From NCBI GenBank assembly GCA_016184225.1, contig JACPDA010000004.1, positions 672,316-736,315 on the forward strand: 64,000 bases of DNA, in the 5' to 3' direction. The DNA comes from Candidatus Daviesbacteria bacterium. GTDB lineage: Bacteria > Patescibacteriota > Microgenomatia > Daviesbacterales > UBA10151. The position numbers were made by a program, and so were the translations under genes. Positions 39,294-49,289 of this stretch are shown here, piece by piece; the first letter of the stretch is position 1; each line of letters starts with the position of its first letter. The notes below the pieces were generated by a model, which saw only the letters and a list, made by a program, of their open reading frames with translations, did not search any database and had not been told where the DNA came from.

Positions 39294-40001
39294 ATGAAAT
39301 TTTCCATCATTACTTTATTCCCGGAAGTCTTTGAACCTATACTGAATTCCTCAATCCTGAAACGGGCCCAAAAAAAGGGGCTAGTAGAATTTGAGCTGAT
39401 TAACCTGCGCGGTTTTGGTAAAGGCAGACACCAGGTAGTTGACGGCAGGCCCTATGGCGGTGGAGCAGGAATGGTTTTACGGACAGACATACTGGCCAAA
39501 GCAGTCAGGAAGGTTACAGGGAACAGTAGACAGGTTACAGATCAGAAACTAAAACCTGTAACCTGTAACCTGAAAACTATCCTTATGTCTGCTTCCGGGA
39601 CACCTTACAAACAGGCAAAGGCACATGAGTTTTCCAAGTTAAAACACCTAATCATTGTTTGCGGACATTATGAAGGAGTAGACCAACGGTTTATCGACAA
39701 ATATGTAGATGGCGAGATTTCCATTGGGGATTATGTCCTGACAGGAGGAGAGATCCCGGCCATGGTAATTGTCGATTCTATCACCAGGCTGATTCCGGGA
39801 GTCCTGGAAAAACCGGAAGCTACTATCAATGAGTCCTTCTCCGAGGGCCTGCTTGAGCATCCTCAATATACCAGGCCGGCAGGCTTTGAGGGAAAAAAAG
39901 TGCCTGAAGTCTTGTTGTCCGGAAATCATGCCGAAATAAAAAAATGGCGTTTAAAAAAATCCCTGGAAAAAACCAAAAAAATCAGGCCTGACCTGTTATA
40001 A
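39294..40001 (+). CDS. trmD: tRNA (guanine37-N1)-methyltransferase TrmD with ~22-aa in-frame hairpin insertion
   Basis: SPOUT/TrmD motifs (GRPYGGGAGMVL, LIIVCGHYEGVDQRF, YVLTGGEIPAMV). Extra segment KVTGNSRQVTDQKLKPVTCNLK at 39510-39577. Confidence 0.9.
   Translation: MKFSIITLFPEVFEPILNSSILKRAQKKGLVEFELINLRGFGKGRHQVVDGRPYGGGAGMVLRTDILAKAVRKVTGNSRQVTDQKLKPVTCNLKTILMSASGTPYKQAKAHEFSKLKHLIIVCGHYEGVDQRFIDKYVDGEISIGDYVLTGGEIPAMVIVDSITRLIPGVLEKPEATINESFSEGLLEHPQYTRPAGFEGKKVPEVLLSGNHAEIKKWRLKKSLEKTKKIRPDLL
39510..39577. repeat. inverted-repeat element (AGGTTACAG x2 ... CTGTAACCT x2) inside trmD
   Basis: AAGGTTACAGGGAACAGTAGACAGGTTACAGATCAGAAACTAAAACCTGTAACCTGTAACCTG. Shares the GGTTACAG unit with the heptamer tract at 14399-14431. 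Confidence 0.75.
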
Positions 40002-40021
40002 TACCAAGCTGTCTATCTACC

Positions 40022-40059
40022 ACACTTCCAGGGTGAATTAGATTGACACCCCGGTAAAG
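40022..40059. repeat. REP-like element, family C variant (upstream flank of RAYT copy 3)
   Basis: TACCAAGCTGTCTATCTACCACACTTCCAGGGTGAATT. Confidence 0.75.
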
Positions 40060-40077
40060 AGAAACTATTATGGTGTT

Positions 40078-40746
40078 ATGGCCTTCAGAAAAACTCTTAT
40101 TGTAACCAATGAGATATATCATGTCTTCAACAGAAGCGTAGGACAACAACCCATCTTTTTATCGAGCAAAGATTATGAACGCGCTGTAGAGGTGTTGAGA
40201 TTTTACCAATATGGGAAACTCCCTCTTAGATTTTCCTTTTTTAATCGCCTTGCAAAAGATCAAAAAGAAACATTCCTCCTAGATATTGAGGAATCTTTAA
40301 AACCTGTTGTGAAGATTATTTGTTTCTGCTTAATGCCAAATCATATCCATTTCTTGTTGAAAAACTTAACCGAAAATGGAATCACGCAGTTTATGGGTAA
40401 CCTACAAAATAGTTATGCGCGATACTTTAATATCAAAAATGGGCGAACCGGAACACTTTTTCAACAAAACTTCAAAGCAGTCAGGATTGAAACAGACGAG
40501 CAATTAGTGCATGTTTCCCGTTATATCCATTTAAACCCAGTTACTGCATACCTCATCAAACCAGAGGAACTTAAGCAATATGAGTGGTCTTCATATAAGG
40601 ATTACTTAAATACCAATCTCTCTTATCTTAAAAAGAAAGTAATTCTAGATTTTTTTAAATCTCCTAAAGAATATGTGAATTTTGTCCTAAATCAAGTTGA
40701 TTATCAAAGAGAATTAGATAGGATTAAGCATTTAATTTTGGAGTAG
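40078..40746 (+). CDS. RAYT-like HUH Y1 transposase, copy 3
   Basis: LMPNHIHFLL and HVSRYIHLNP motifs. Flanked by direct copies of the family-C-variant REP. Confidence 0.75.
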   Translation: MAFRKTLIVTNEIYHVFNRSVGQQPIFLSSKDYERAVEVLRFYQYGKLPLRFSFFNRLAKDQKETFLLDIEESLKPVVKIICFCLMPNHIHFLLKNLTENGITQFMGNLQNSYARYFNIKNGRTGTLFQQNFKAVRIETDEQLVHVSRYIHLNPVTAYLIKPEELKQYEWSSYKDYLNTNLSYLKKKVILDFFKSPKEYVNFVLNQVDYQRELDRIKHLILE

Positions 40747-40747
40747 A

Positions 40748-40786
40748 TTACCAAGGTGTCTACCTACCACACTTCCATGGTGAATT
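40748..40786. repeat. REP-like element, family C variant (downstream flank of RAYT copy 3)
   Basis: TTACCAAGGTGTCTACCTACCACACTTCCATGGTGAATT. Confidence 0.75.
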
Positions 40787-40797
40787 GTTAACATAAA

Positions 40798-41496
40798 CTA
40801 TTCAAAAGGATTGGATTTGCCTTTAGGTGATGAGGGGATAAATAAAGTGCCGGGAATTATTGTCCCTTCATTTATAAGTCTTGCAATCAGTTCTTCATCT
40901 TTCTGACTAAGCTCAGGCACGGGAGAATCAGGGCTGCCAAAGTTTTTAGGCAGGGGTGAATATAAAACTTCAACTGCCAAAGCTATATCAAGAGCTTGAC
41001 TGGCTTGGTTAGATGAAACATTAATACTTTTTACCCTAATCAATCTGGGTGAATTTTCCAAATTACTTAACAGAGTTTGCAAACCAGCCCGGGGGCCTTT
41101 AATGTCCAGCTTAACTTCGAAGCTCTCCGAGTTTCCTGACTTTCCCGCACCACTGCCAAAAGAGATCGAACCGATGTTAAATCCGGACTCAATCGTCAGT
41201 TTTTGCAAGCTACCCAGGACAATTCCGAAATCTTTTTCCCCGGGAAGTGTAACCAAAGCATACTCCAGTTTGCGTAACAAATCCTCACTGTCATAACTTT
41301 CCAGCGCATTAACCTTATTTTCCAAAAAATCAGACTTATTAATCAGGTCTCCAATTGCCTGCTGGTTATCTATCAATTTATTCACCTGGGGATAAATTAC
41401 AAACAGACTTAAGAAAATACTAGAAATCGCCACTACTGCCGGAAAAATATAGAGCTTGTATTTGGAATAAAATTTAATCAGGTCTTCTTTTTTCAT
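40798..41496 (-). CDS. pilO: type IV pilus assembly protein PilO-like
   Basis: Single N-terminal TM helix and coiled coil, followed by a periplasmic domain. Sits directly downstream of pilN. Confidence 0.6.
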   Translation of the reverse strand: MKKEDLIKFYSKYKLYIFPAVVAISSIFLSLFVIYPQVNKLIDNQQAIGDLINKSDFLENKVNALESYDSEDLLRKLEYALVTLPGEKDFGIVLGSLQKLTIESGFNIGSISFGSGAGKSGNSESFEVKLDIKGPRAGLQTLLSNLENSPRLIRVKSINVSSNQASQALDIALAVEVLYSPLPKNFGSPDSPVPELSQKDEELIARLINEGTIIPGTLFIPSSPKGKSNPFE

Positions 41497-42038
41497 TTTG
41501 ATTTTATCTTAAAACTGATCCTGTAGAATCCATCCTTGCCTCTGTTCAGGCTTTCCACTGAAACTTGGGCTATGCGCCCGTCGTTACTTTCTTTATCCGT
41601 CAAATTGCTGACTAGTCTGTCCAAACTCCCGGCATCCGGTACCAAAGCCAGTAGAACTACCTCATCCGCTTTATCAATAGTAATGGCATTTATTGCAACT
41701 GTCGAAGGTATCAACTTATCAATTAGTTCATATACAGCGGATTGTTTTGACGGTACACCCAGGTATTTATCAATTACCGCTAATCTATTTTTTAAAAGCA
41801 GTAGTGATGCTTGAGTACTTTTTAGATCCGAAACCTTCTGCTCTGTTTGGGAGAGCTTGGCTTGGACTTCTGAGATATTACGGCTTTGTAAAATCCGCAG
41901 GGCTACAGTTAAAGAAGCCAAAAAGACTAAAACTAAAATTACCGCTACCCCGGCAAACTGGATCTTATAAAATTTAGTCTTTTTTATCTCCAGGGCAATA
42001 ATTTCCGGTGGAAGCAAGTTAATAGAGATTTTAGCCAT
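41493..42038 (-). CDS. pilN: type IV pilus assembly protein PilN
   Basis: INLLPPE N-terminal motif and a TM helix. Confidence 0.7.
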   Translation of the reverse strand: MAKISINLLPPEIIALEIKKTKFYKIQFAGVAVILVLVFLASLTVALRILQSRNISEVQAKLSQTEQKVSDLKSTQASLLLLKNRLAVIDKYLGVPSKQSAVYELIDKLIPSTVAINAITIDKADEVVLLALVPDAGSLDRLVSNLTDKESNDGRIAQVSVESLNRGKDGFYRISFKIKSK

Positions 42039-42041
42039 CTG

Positions 42042-43079
42042 TTAATCCTCTCTTAATGCCAACCCTACTGCGACCGAGTAGGAAGGAGCATCCTGGGCGA
42101 GCTTTGAAATTGATTCTTTTTCCCGAATAATAGAATACCAAGGGTCAGCTTCCTGAACCTCCAACCCCAAAATATTTGCCAGATAAACTACCAGTCCGGG
42201 CATTTTTGCACCACCTCCCGAAACCACTATTCTCTTGATGGGATCAGCCGGGTATTTTGTTTCAAAAGCCTGGATCACTCTTTTAGCTTCACCTGCCAGA
42301 ATATCTACCACCGGCTTTAGCGCCTCAAAAACTTTACCTTCTAATTGGTCTTCCATTAACCCATAAATCCTCTTGTACTGCTCGGCTTGACTGACCTCAA
42401 AATTGAAATGTTGGGCTAAGGAGCGGGTTAGCGCCATTCCGCCGGTAGAAATCGAGCGGGTCAGCCATATTAATCCCTTGGAAACAGTTGCAAAATCCGT
42501 CGTTGTGGCACCAAGTTGCATAATTAAAGTACAAGGGGAGTAAATATTACTGCCAACCAGAGATCTTGTAACTGCTATTATCTCCGTTTCTAAAACCCTC
42601 GGCCTAAGCCCTGCCATATCCAGCACTTTCAGATACTTTGAAACCACATTTTTGGGGGAAGCAATTACCAAAACTACTGTTTTAGTGTTCTTACCCTTTC
42701 CGTCCGACCTGACTAAAACCTGCCAATTCAAATTAACATCTGCTAAAGACATCGGAATAAACTCTTCCGCGGCATAACGGATAGCCGAAGTAAGCTCAGC
42801 ATCGGTCAAATACGGCAAATCATCAATAACCCTGGTAAAAACCCGGGATTCGGGAAGCGCGACATTAATTTGCTTTTCGGAAATCTTAGCTGCTGCAAAA
42901 AGTTGCTTTACGGCGTTTGCCAATGTCTCAAGGTCTGTATCAATATCGGATACAATCCCGGGTTGGGGAGAGGCAATTGTGCCGAGAGACTCGAGTTTAA
43001 ATTGTTCCTTGTTTTTTGACAGCGCCACTACTTTGATGGAAGAAAAACCAATATCTAAACCAACGGTAATTTTGGGCAT
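42042..43079 (-). CDS. pilM: type IV pilus assembly ATPase-fold protein PilM
   Basis: Actin-like fold N-terminus (ITVGLDIGFSSIKVVAL) with FtsA/PilM architecture. Confidence 0.8.
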   Translation of the reverse strand: MPKITVGLDIGFSSIKVVALSKNKEQFKLESLGTIASPQPGIVSDIDTDLETLANAVKQLFAAAKISEKQINVALPESRVFTRVIDDLPYLTDAELTSAIRYAAEEFIPMSLADVNLNWQVLVRSDGKGKNTKTVVLVIASPKNVVSKYLKVLDMAGLRPRVLETEIIAVTRSLVGSNIYSPCTLIMQLGATTTDFATVSKGLIWLTRSISTGGMALTRSLAQHFNFEVSQAEQYKRIYGLMEDQLEGKVFEALKPVVDILAGEAKRVIQAFETKYPADPIKRIVVSGGGAKMPGLVVYLANILGLEVQEADPWYSIIREKESISKLAQDAPSYSVAVGLALRED

Positions 43080-43127
43080 TAAAATTATTTTAGAACAAAC
43101 TATACCCTAAACGCTATACCCTAAACC

Positions 43128-44939
43128 CTACTTAACTTGGTAAGTTCCTTTCACCAGTGAATATGATCCTGAAGGGCCGGAAGTAAACATGGTGCTGGTC
43201 AAGCCGGTTTCATAATCTATCACCGAGTTATTAATTAGCTTGATCTTCCAAGCTGTTAATTCTTTAAAGGAGTTGCCCGTACCGGGCTGGATAATACCAG
43301 TACTGGCATAATAAACTCCCGTGTTGCCATTACTATTTACCTCTATTGCCGACTCATCATTAGTTCTTGAATCAAAAGTAGTTAAAACCATCAACAAGCT
43401 GCTGCCTGTCCCCGTACCATTCAGATGGTTATTGCTATTTAACTCAACCTTCCCGTCCACTATAATTACTCCTGATGTTGCTCCGTAGCTTGTATCAAGT
43501 GTTAATCTGTTATTACTATTTAGTATCAGATCACCGGTTATCCAAATAGGGGTCTTTATACTCACCCGGCACCCGCTATTAAAAGTGACATTGCCGATAA
43601 TTTTTTGGGAATTGAGGCTGCTGACACAACTGCTTATATTGCCTGTACTCTGACCATTTTCCTCTGCAATTTGCTTCCAACTGGCGACGTTGGCATCGGA
43701 AATTGGGAAAACTTTCGGTGGCGGATCGGCAGAACCCGGGTAAGAGGTCCCTCCTACGGTTGAACTGATGATTGTTTGGTAGTAGGCATCTTGACCAATA
43801 ATTAAATTTTCAATTATATTGGCATGGATTTCTCCTCCCACAGTCATTTTATTGCTGCCGGCTCTCACTGACGTAGGCGATCCGCCCAGAAAGGACTTAA
43901 AACTTAAGTCTCCCGGAGGGTTAAGTAAATTCCAGGTGGGGTTTCCGGTTGACCAATTGGGAGACCACCTGGGCAGCCCCCTGGAGTAACTTTGGGCCAA
44001 ATCAGATTGCCAGGACCAGTAATTGGTATTATCAGAGGGGGTATCAATCATTAGCCAGTAAGTGGTATTTGCTTGTATCTGAGGGGAGGAATTAAAGGCG
44101 ACATCAATCCACCCATAAGAAGAAGTCACTAAACTGCTGTAAAGCGTGCCTTGCGCCAAAACACCGTTTTTATCAGGCGCGCCGTCTTTATCTTGCATGA
44201 TTCTCACTGTAGCATCCGGTGGATTGCCTATCTTTTTTATCTTGATGGAAGCCTTATTTAATAAGCCATCTGCGGCAGGTTTTAGGCTTTGGGCAACGTC
44301 AAACCGATCCTCACCGCTCACTGTTTTACCAAAAGTAAAGTCCTGGCAGTTGCTATCCGTGCAGTCTGTTTCCTGGTCAGACTCCGGTTCCGGCCCGCCG
44401 GCTACCCAAACATCCCCGGTGATTTGGTTACTGTTTTCGGCAGTGATGTTGCCATTTGAATAAATGGACCCTTCCACTATATTACTATTGCCCAATTCCA
44501 GGCCGCCGTCTCCTACTTGCAGTCCGTATACAAAGGCTACGCCCACCCCCGCTGTTGACTTGATACTGATTGTTCTTTTGGCCCTGGCTGCTGTTTTATT
44601 GGGGATATAGCCGGTTGATTGGATAACCTTGACTCCGGCATCCTGGGAAATAATGGTAACAGAATAAGATCCCTCACCAAAAGTGGTTTCCGTTTCTCCT
44701 GTGTAGCCTCCGCCCGTCCTGTTTAGGGAATTTAGCGCCTTATCCACCCCGGCTTCAGCTAAGGCTGTGGCGGCTTCTGCCTCAGCTGCATACTGGGCAT
44801 TTTGATAATAAATTTGCGCCCCGGCAATCACCGATAAAACGGTAAACAACACCACGCCCAAGGCAACAATAACCACTACCACAATCTGTCCCTTTTCCTC
44901 TAATTTAATCATTGCGTAAATTTGCCTCCGAAGTAGCAA
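43128..44939 (-). CDS. large pilus-associated protein (N-terminal hydrophobic helix, beta-rich Asn/Gly/Ser/Thr C-terminal domain), possible tip adhesin
   Basis: Position at the head of the pseudopilin block. N-terminal TM segment and repetitive beta-helix-like NSNN/TGxG stretches. No family recognised. Confidence 0.35.
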   Translation of the reverse strand: MLLRRQIYAMIKLEEKGQIVVVVIVALGVVLFTVLSVIAGAQIYYQNAQYAAEAEAATALAEAGVDKALNSLNRTGGGYTGETETTFGEGSYSVTIISQDAGVKVIQSTGYIPNKTAARAKRTISIKSTAGVGVAFVYGLQVGDGGLELGNSNIVEGSIYSNGNITAENSNQITGDVWVAGGPEPESDQETDCTDSNCQDFTFGKTVSGEDRFDVAQSLKPAADGLLNKASIKIKKIGNPPDATVRIMQDKDGAPDKNGVLAQGTLYSSLVTSSYGWIDVAFNSSPQIQANTTYWLMIDTPSDNTNYWSWQSDLAQSYSRGLPRWSPNWSTGNPTWNLLNPPGDLSFKSFLGGSPTSVRAGSNKMTVGGEIHANIIENLIIGQDAYYQTIISSTVGGTSYPGSADPPPKVFPISDANVASWKQIAEENGQSTGNISSCVSSLNSQKIIGNVTFNSGCRVSIKTPIWITGDLILNSNNRLTLDTSYGATSGVIIVDGKVELNSNNHLNGTGTGSSLLMVLTTFDSRTNDESAIEVNSNGNTGVYYASTGIIQPGTGNSFKELTAWKIKLINNSVIDYETGLTSTMFTSGPSGSYSLVKGTYQVK

Positions 44940-45450
44940 TATTTGTTTGGTTTAAAGTTAAACTGATACGGACTTTGGTAGCAGCTGCGGGGGTCACTTC
45001 CAGGGGCGGGGATGCGGAATTGAAATATTGAAAAGCCAGGCTATCCACACCGATAGAGAGTACCGTATCCAGGGGTTGCCGGGAGCTTGCGGGATCGGGA
45101 AAAGTTTTAAACCTTAAATAAGTTTGGTCCTTTAAAAAAACAAAATAATCAAACGTATCGACTAATAAATTTCCTGAAGCATCAACTGATGCCACTTTTA
45201 AAACAAGCTGGTTACCACCGGTTGTGTAAAGCGTTTCGCCGGAATCATAAGACTCAGCCACCGAGCCGGCGTCTTTAATGCTTCTTCTGACTTGTGATAG
45301 CGCATCGTTGATATTTAAACCCTCCTGCACTTTTGACGATTGCTCGGTAAACATCCCGGCGCTGTTAACTAAAATAACCACCAGCAAAGCCCCTACTACT
45401 GCCGCTATCCCCATTGCCACTAAAACCTCAATTAAAGTCAGACCTTTCAT
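44905..45450 (-). CDS. type IV pilin-like (pseudopilin) protein
   Basis: Prepilin leader plus N-methylation motif MKG/LTLIEVLVAMGI. Confidence 0.75.
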   Translation of the reverse strand: MKGLTLIEVLVAMGIAAVVGALLVVILVNSAGMFTEQSSKVQEGLNINDALSQVRRSIKDAGSVAESYDSGETLYTTGGNQLVLKVASVDASGNLLVDTFDYFVFLKDQTYLRFKTFPDPASSRQPLDTVLSIGVDSLAFQYFNSASPPLEVTPAAATKVRISLTLNQTNIATSEANLRND

Positions 45451-45848
45451 TGATTTATCCCTCCTTCTCCGATCATGGTTTTTATAGTAATCGTTTGGGG
45501 CTTGTTGTTATCCTGCCAGTTCACTGTTGCTCTCACCTGTTTAACATTTTCTCCGTTAGTGCAAATTAAAGGGTCGCAATCGACCACTTCCACTGTTCCG
45601 CTGCCGCCGGGCAACAAACCTAAACGGTTGTCACTAATCGGGGAATTGTCCAAAACTAAATTGCTGTAGCTTATTGCCCTTTTATCTTCAATTTGCTTGA
45701 GTGCTATTTCCCTTGCCAAGCTCATGTGCTTACTTTTGCCGATTAGCATCAGGGCATTAGGCAAGCTTGCCAGCAGGAAAACAACCGACCCCAAAACTGC
45801 AATAACCAATAATGATTCAATAAGGGAAACGCCGCCTTCATTTTTCAT
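45447..45848 (-). CDS. type IV pilin-like (pseudopilin) protein
   Basis: GVSLIESLLVIAVLG N-terminal helix. Confidence 0.7.
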   Translation of the reverse strand: MKNEGGVSLIESLLVIAVLGSVVFLLASLPNALMLIGKSKHMSLAREIALKQIEDKRAISYSNLVLDNSPISDNRLGLLPGGSGTVEVVDCDPLICTNGENVKQVRATVNWQDNNKPQTITIKTMIGEGGINQ

Positions 45849-45851
45849 TAC

Positions 45852-46712
45852 TTACTTATTTATATCTCCGGCCGAGAAGATGGCATAATCGAAATAAGGG
45901 GGAACAACCTTATCCAGCCTGAACACCTGGACTTTCCGCTGGGTTTGTCCTGATACGCCGGTAGAGGTAAAAAGTCTGGCTTGCGGAGGCAGAGAACCAG
46001 ATGTGGGCATGACTGCAAAAGGTTGTGAAATACTGCTGTATAAAATCCTTGCTCTTAAAAGCATTAAAGTAGGAACCAATCCTGGTAGGGTGGTTTTACA
46101 AAAGAAGGTTCTATTACTGCCTAAACTGGTATCTATAACAGGGTTGGTACAACCCGCGGAAACATCTTGAAAATTATTTGAACCAGTCCTGGGTGAGTCA
46201 GAATCTAGAAAGAATTTTTTAGATTGATAATCTCCACTTAGGTAAACGATTATCACTTCTATCGCAGGTTTGTCACTAGTAGTGTTTGGCACACCCCAAT
46301 AAATATCTAGATTAGATTCATTGTAACAGATTTTACCGACATCACAATTTGGAAAAGTTGAACTAGTAGGATCAGCCAGCCAGACCTGTGCCAATTCTTC
46401 CTTGGCCAGCGGTGGATACTCTAAAGCTTGATTAGGGGCAGGAAGCAAGTCTGTTTGTACATCAAATATACTTGAATCATTACCTAAAGGAATAGGGGAG
46501 GTAATAGAACCACCGCTTTGGATGGCTTTTTCTATCCCGGCCTCTGCCGCGGAATATGCCCTGGAGGACTGCTCCACTTTTGTGGAAGTGGATAAATCGG
46601 AAAGAGAGCGCTGGATCACCGATATCCCGATAGCCAGTGCCACGGTCATCACTAAAATTAAGATTAAAACAGTCTGACCCCTTTGGTTTCTCATATAATT
46701 AATATACATCAT
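45852..46712 (-). CDS. PilX-like minor pilin/pilus assembly protein
   Basis: N-terminal hydrophobic helix (RGQTVLILILVMTVALAIGISV) with a PilX-N-like pattern. Confidence 0.45.
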   Translation of the reverse strand: MMYINYMRNQRGQTVLILILVMTVALAIGISVIQRSLSDLSTSTKVEQSSRAYSAAEAGIEKAIQSGGSITSPIPLGNDSSIFDVQTDLLPAPNQALEYPPLAKEELAQVWLADPTSSTFPNCDVGKICYNESNLDIYWGVPNTTSDKPAIEVIIVYLSGDYQSKKFFLDSDSPRTGSNNFQDVSAGCTNPVIDTSLGSNRTFFCKTTLPGLVPTLMLLRARILYSSISQPFAVMPTSGSLPPQARLFTSTGVSGQTQRKVQVFRLDKVVPPYFDYAIFSAGDINK

Positions 46713-47347
46713 CTAAGCTGAACAGTTGTCTGAAAAACTACACTGTCAATCTGATCCGCTACTGCGGGTGGAACTGCGCTTCCCGGACCAAGTTCAAAAG
46801 AGACCGTCACGTTGTCTTTAAAACCCGCCTGTTGGCTTCTGCTAAAAAAACCGCTCTTTACGGAAACTCCCGACTGGGGGTTAGTATCGGTAAGGGTAAT
46901 CGTACCTGCTAAAGCTGGATATGTACAAACAGTATTCAAAAATGAATTAATATCACTTCCCGGAGCAGGGGAATCCTGCTGGATAGAGCCGTTATCCGTA
47001 GGATGCGGTACAAATCTAAATCTTGTATAACGGCCGTTTTTTACAATGACTAAAGTATTTGGCTCAGGGTTGACCAGTTTCGGGCATACCACCTCGTCCG
47101 CATCCCGGATAGTTTTGTCCATATGGTCTAAAACAGCCTGGCCGTTTTGCTTAATAGCGGCCAGTATTTGCGATTTATTGCTGCCCCGCAGGGTATTGCT
47201 AAAAATAGCTACCATGATCGTTCCCACAATAGCAGTGATGGCAATAACCACCAAAATCTCAACTAAAGTAAAACCACTGTTTAGCTTTACACCTCGAAGG
47301 TGTAGCTGCACTTTTTTCACCTTCGAGGTGGATTGTAGCTCTCTCAT
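46709..47347 (-). CDS. type IV pilin-like protein with long leader that contains a REP-like element
   Basis: GFTLVEILVVIAITAIVG motif. The 25-aa leader is encoded partly by palindromes at 47283-47340. Confidence 0.65.
   Translation of the reverse strand: MRELQSTSKVKKVQLHLRGVKLNSGFTLVEILVVIAITAIVGTIMVAIFSNTLRGSNKSQILAAIKQNGQAVLDHMDKTIRDADEVVCPKLVNPEPNTLVIVKNGRYTRFRFVPHPTDNGSIQQDSPAPGSDINSFLNTVCTYPALAGTITLTDTNPQSGVSVKSGFFSRSQQAGFKDNVTVSFELGPGSAVPPAVADQIDSVVFQTTVQLR
47283..47340. repeat. REP-like double hairpin (ACACCTCGAAGGTGT / CACCTTCGAGGTG)
   Basis: TAGCTTTACACCTCGAAGGTGTAGCTGCACTTTTTTCACCTTCGAGGTGGATTGTAGCT sits within the 5' end of the pilin ORF. Confidence 0.7.
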
Positions 47348-47847
47348 AGCTTTCTTAGTATTGTTGTCAACCTTGATTCATGTGCCCCCGAAAAATCCGT
47401 CCAGGTAACAAGGACTGTAATCTTTTTTTGTTCGGTTGGAGGGCTATCATCCTCAATCTGAACTTGTCTTTTAAACGGAGAGTTTGGGATCTCTTCAAAA
47501 TTAGTGCCGGTTCCACCGGTTAAAACATCTGAAGAACTCAAGTAGAAATAGCAATTATTATTAGCAGGAGGGCATGCAAAACTAATATCCCATAATTGGC
47601 TAAACTCCGTTCGTTGATCCCCCTGATTAACAGAATATGATACCTTGCCATCTTGATCCCGGTCCCGAATACTCCTTACTTTCTCTATCCCTTCCTGGGC
47701 TAACTTGGTAGCCTGGGCAGAAGTTTTAGCAAAACTGGCATTTCTAAGGGAAAAAATAGTAGCAAAAGTCAAAGCCGAAACCACTAAAATCCCCACAGTG
47801 GCAGCCACAATCACCTCCAATAAGCTCTGCCCACCTTCATTGCTCAT
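47344..47847 (-). CDS. type IV pilin-like (pseudopilin) protein
   Basis: GQSLLEVIVAATVGILVV. Start set at the internal Met (MSNEGG). The ORF extends to 47868. Confidence 0.65.
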   Translation of the reverse strand: MSNEGGQSLLEVIVAATVGILVVSALTFATIFSLRNASFAKTSAQATKLAQEGIEKVRSIRDRDQDGKVSYSVNQGDQRTEFSQLWDISFACPPANNNCYFYLSSSDVLTGGTGTNFEEIPNSPFKRQVQIEDDSPPTEQKKITVLVTWTDFSGAHESRLTTILRKL

Positions 47848-48346
47848 AAATCCTGCCTCCTTGTTCAATAACTAAAGACTTAACAGCACCTTTATTATTT
47901 TTTATGATAATGGTAACTGATGCACAATTTGCATTTCCCAAATCTGCCTGTCTTTTTAAGGAAGCGAATGCTATTTGGAAGGGTAAACCAGAAGGACAGT
48001 TAGATCCTGTACCTGTTATGCTTTGTATTTCAATGTTTGAACCTAAACTTGAGCTTTTCTTTAAAGTTGCGGAAGCTTGAGGTTCTGTACACTTCAAATT
48101 GATATTTGTTGTGCTGCTAAATTCAACCGTCCAGGTGGCACCGTATTGAGTATCGCATTTTACGTTAGCAGTGGCATTTGTCTGGGCGGTTCTAAGAATG
48201 CTTTGGACATCCAGTAAGGCATTTTTAAGATTCTGGTCTTCCCCAAAAGACCTGTAATTAGCCAGGGTAAAAGCCCCTACAAGGCCCATAATGGCAATCA
48301 CTACCAGCAGTTCGATAAGGGTAAATCCGCGTTGGGCAGACAACAT
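47837..48346 (-). CDS. type IV pilin-like (pseudopilin) protein
   Basis: RGFTLIELLVVIAIMGLVGA. Confidence 0.75.
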   Translation of the reverse strand: MLSAQRGFTLIELLVVIAIMGLVGAFTLANYRSFGEDQNLKNALLDVQSILRTAQTNATANVKCDTQYGATWTVEFSSTTNINLKCTEPQASATLKKSSSLGSNIEIQSITGTGSNCPSGLPFQIAFASLKRQADLGNANCASVTIIIKNNKGAVKSLVIEQGGRIYEQ

Positions 48347-48350
48347 GATT

Positions 48351-48392
48351 TAATTGTACATTGTAAATTTTACATTGTACATTCCCTATGGC
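48351..48392. promoter_or_regulatory. AT-rich near-palindrome (TGTACAATGTAAAATTTACAATGTACA) immediately upstream of a pilin start codon; candidate operator/promoter element
   Basis: TACATTGTA units in inverted arrangement begin 5 nt upstream of the ATG at 48346. Confidence 0.35.
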
Positions 48393-48871
48393 GGAAAAAC
48401 AGCAAAATTGTATCTGTTATTAAAGATACTTGTAATTATACTCGAACAATTACCGAGCCCCGGATTAGTATTTTCTAAATGAGCAGCAAGACAATAGAGC
48501 GTGCATTTAGTCGTTAAATTATCACATGAAGTTGGGCTTGAAAATGAGCCTGCAAAAGACGTATAGAAGTATTCCGGTTTCCCTGTAGGATCAGTCGGGA
48601 CAGCATTAAGGTACGTCTTTCCACCTGCAGAGATAGAGCCGGAGCCACCGAGTGACGGCAACACTTGCACAGGATAACTAAAATTATCGGCATAATATTG
48701 CTCCAGGGCAGACTGGATAGACCGAAGATCTGACTGTCTTTTACTATCCCGTCCCTGTTTCATCACTGAAGAATAAACAACCAATCCTACTGCAGAAAGA
48801 ATGGAAATAATACTGATAGTAATCAAAAGTTCAACCAGGGTAAAACCGCGTGATTTGGGCATTAGATCCAT
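48386..48871 (-). CDS. type IV pilin-like (pseudopilin) protein
   Basis: SRGFTLVELLITISIISILSAV. Start chosen at the internal MDLMPKSRG (alternative at 48862). The ORF extends to 48937. Confidence 0.65.
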   Translation of the reverse strand: MDLMPKSRGFTLVELLITISIISILSAVGLVVYSSVMKQGRDSKRQSDLRSIQSALEQYYADNFSYPVQVLPSLGGSGSISAGGKTYLNAVPTDPTGKPEYFYTSFAGSFSSPTSCDNLTTKCTLYCLAAHLENTNPGLGNCSSIITSIFNNRYNFAVFPP

Positions 48872-48875
48872 AGAC

Positions 48876-49289
48876 CTACTGTTGATTGGATTTACAGTAA
48901 CAGGTAGCGCTGGTTGCGCTACAAGCAGCCGCTGCATCGCCTAGGGTTGCACAAACATTGTACGTATCTGCACCTATCGATTCGTTTGCTCCTGATGCAT
49001 AATTATAAGAGTTACCGGTACTTGGATCTTTAGGAATAGTTCCACTTGAAAACCAAGTCGGTAAAAGTTTAAGGTAGTAAGGGGAGACCTTAACTATATT
49101 CGCTTCCCATGCACTACTGATACTATCAATATCTGCCCTTCTTCTTGCATCCCGGGCGTTTTTTTGTACTCCTGTAAAAATGGTTATCCCAATAACCGAT
49201 AAGACGGCAATAATGGCTACTACCACCAGCAGCTCAACCAGGGTAAAACCAGAAGGATTGCGAACTAATGCGGGCAGCAGTTTTTTCAT
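48876..49289 (-). CDS. type IV pilin-like protein
   Basis: SGFTLVELLVVVAIIAVLSVIG. Confidence 0.75.
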   Translation of the reverse strand: MKKLLPALVRNPSGFTLVELLVVVAIIAVLSVIGITIFTGVQKNARDARRRADIDSISSAWEANIVKVSPYYLKLLPTWFSSGTIPKDPSTGNSYNYASGANESIGADTYNVCATLGDAAAACSATSATCYCKSNQQ

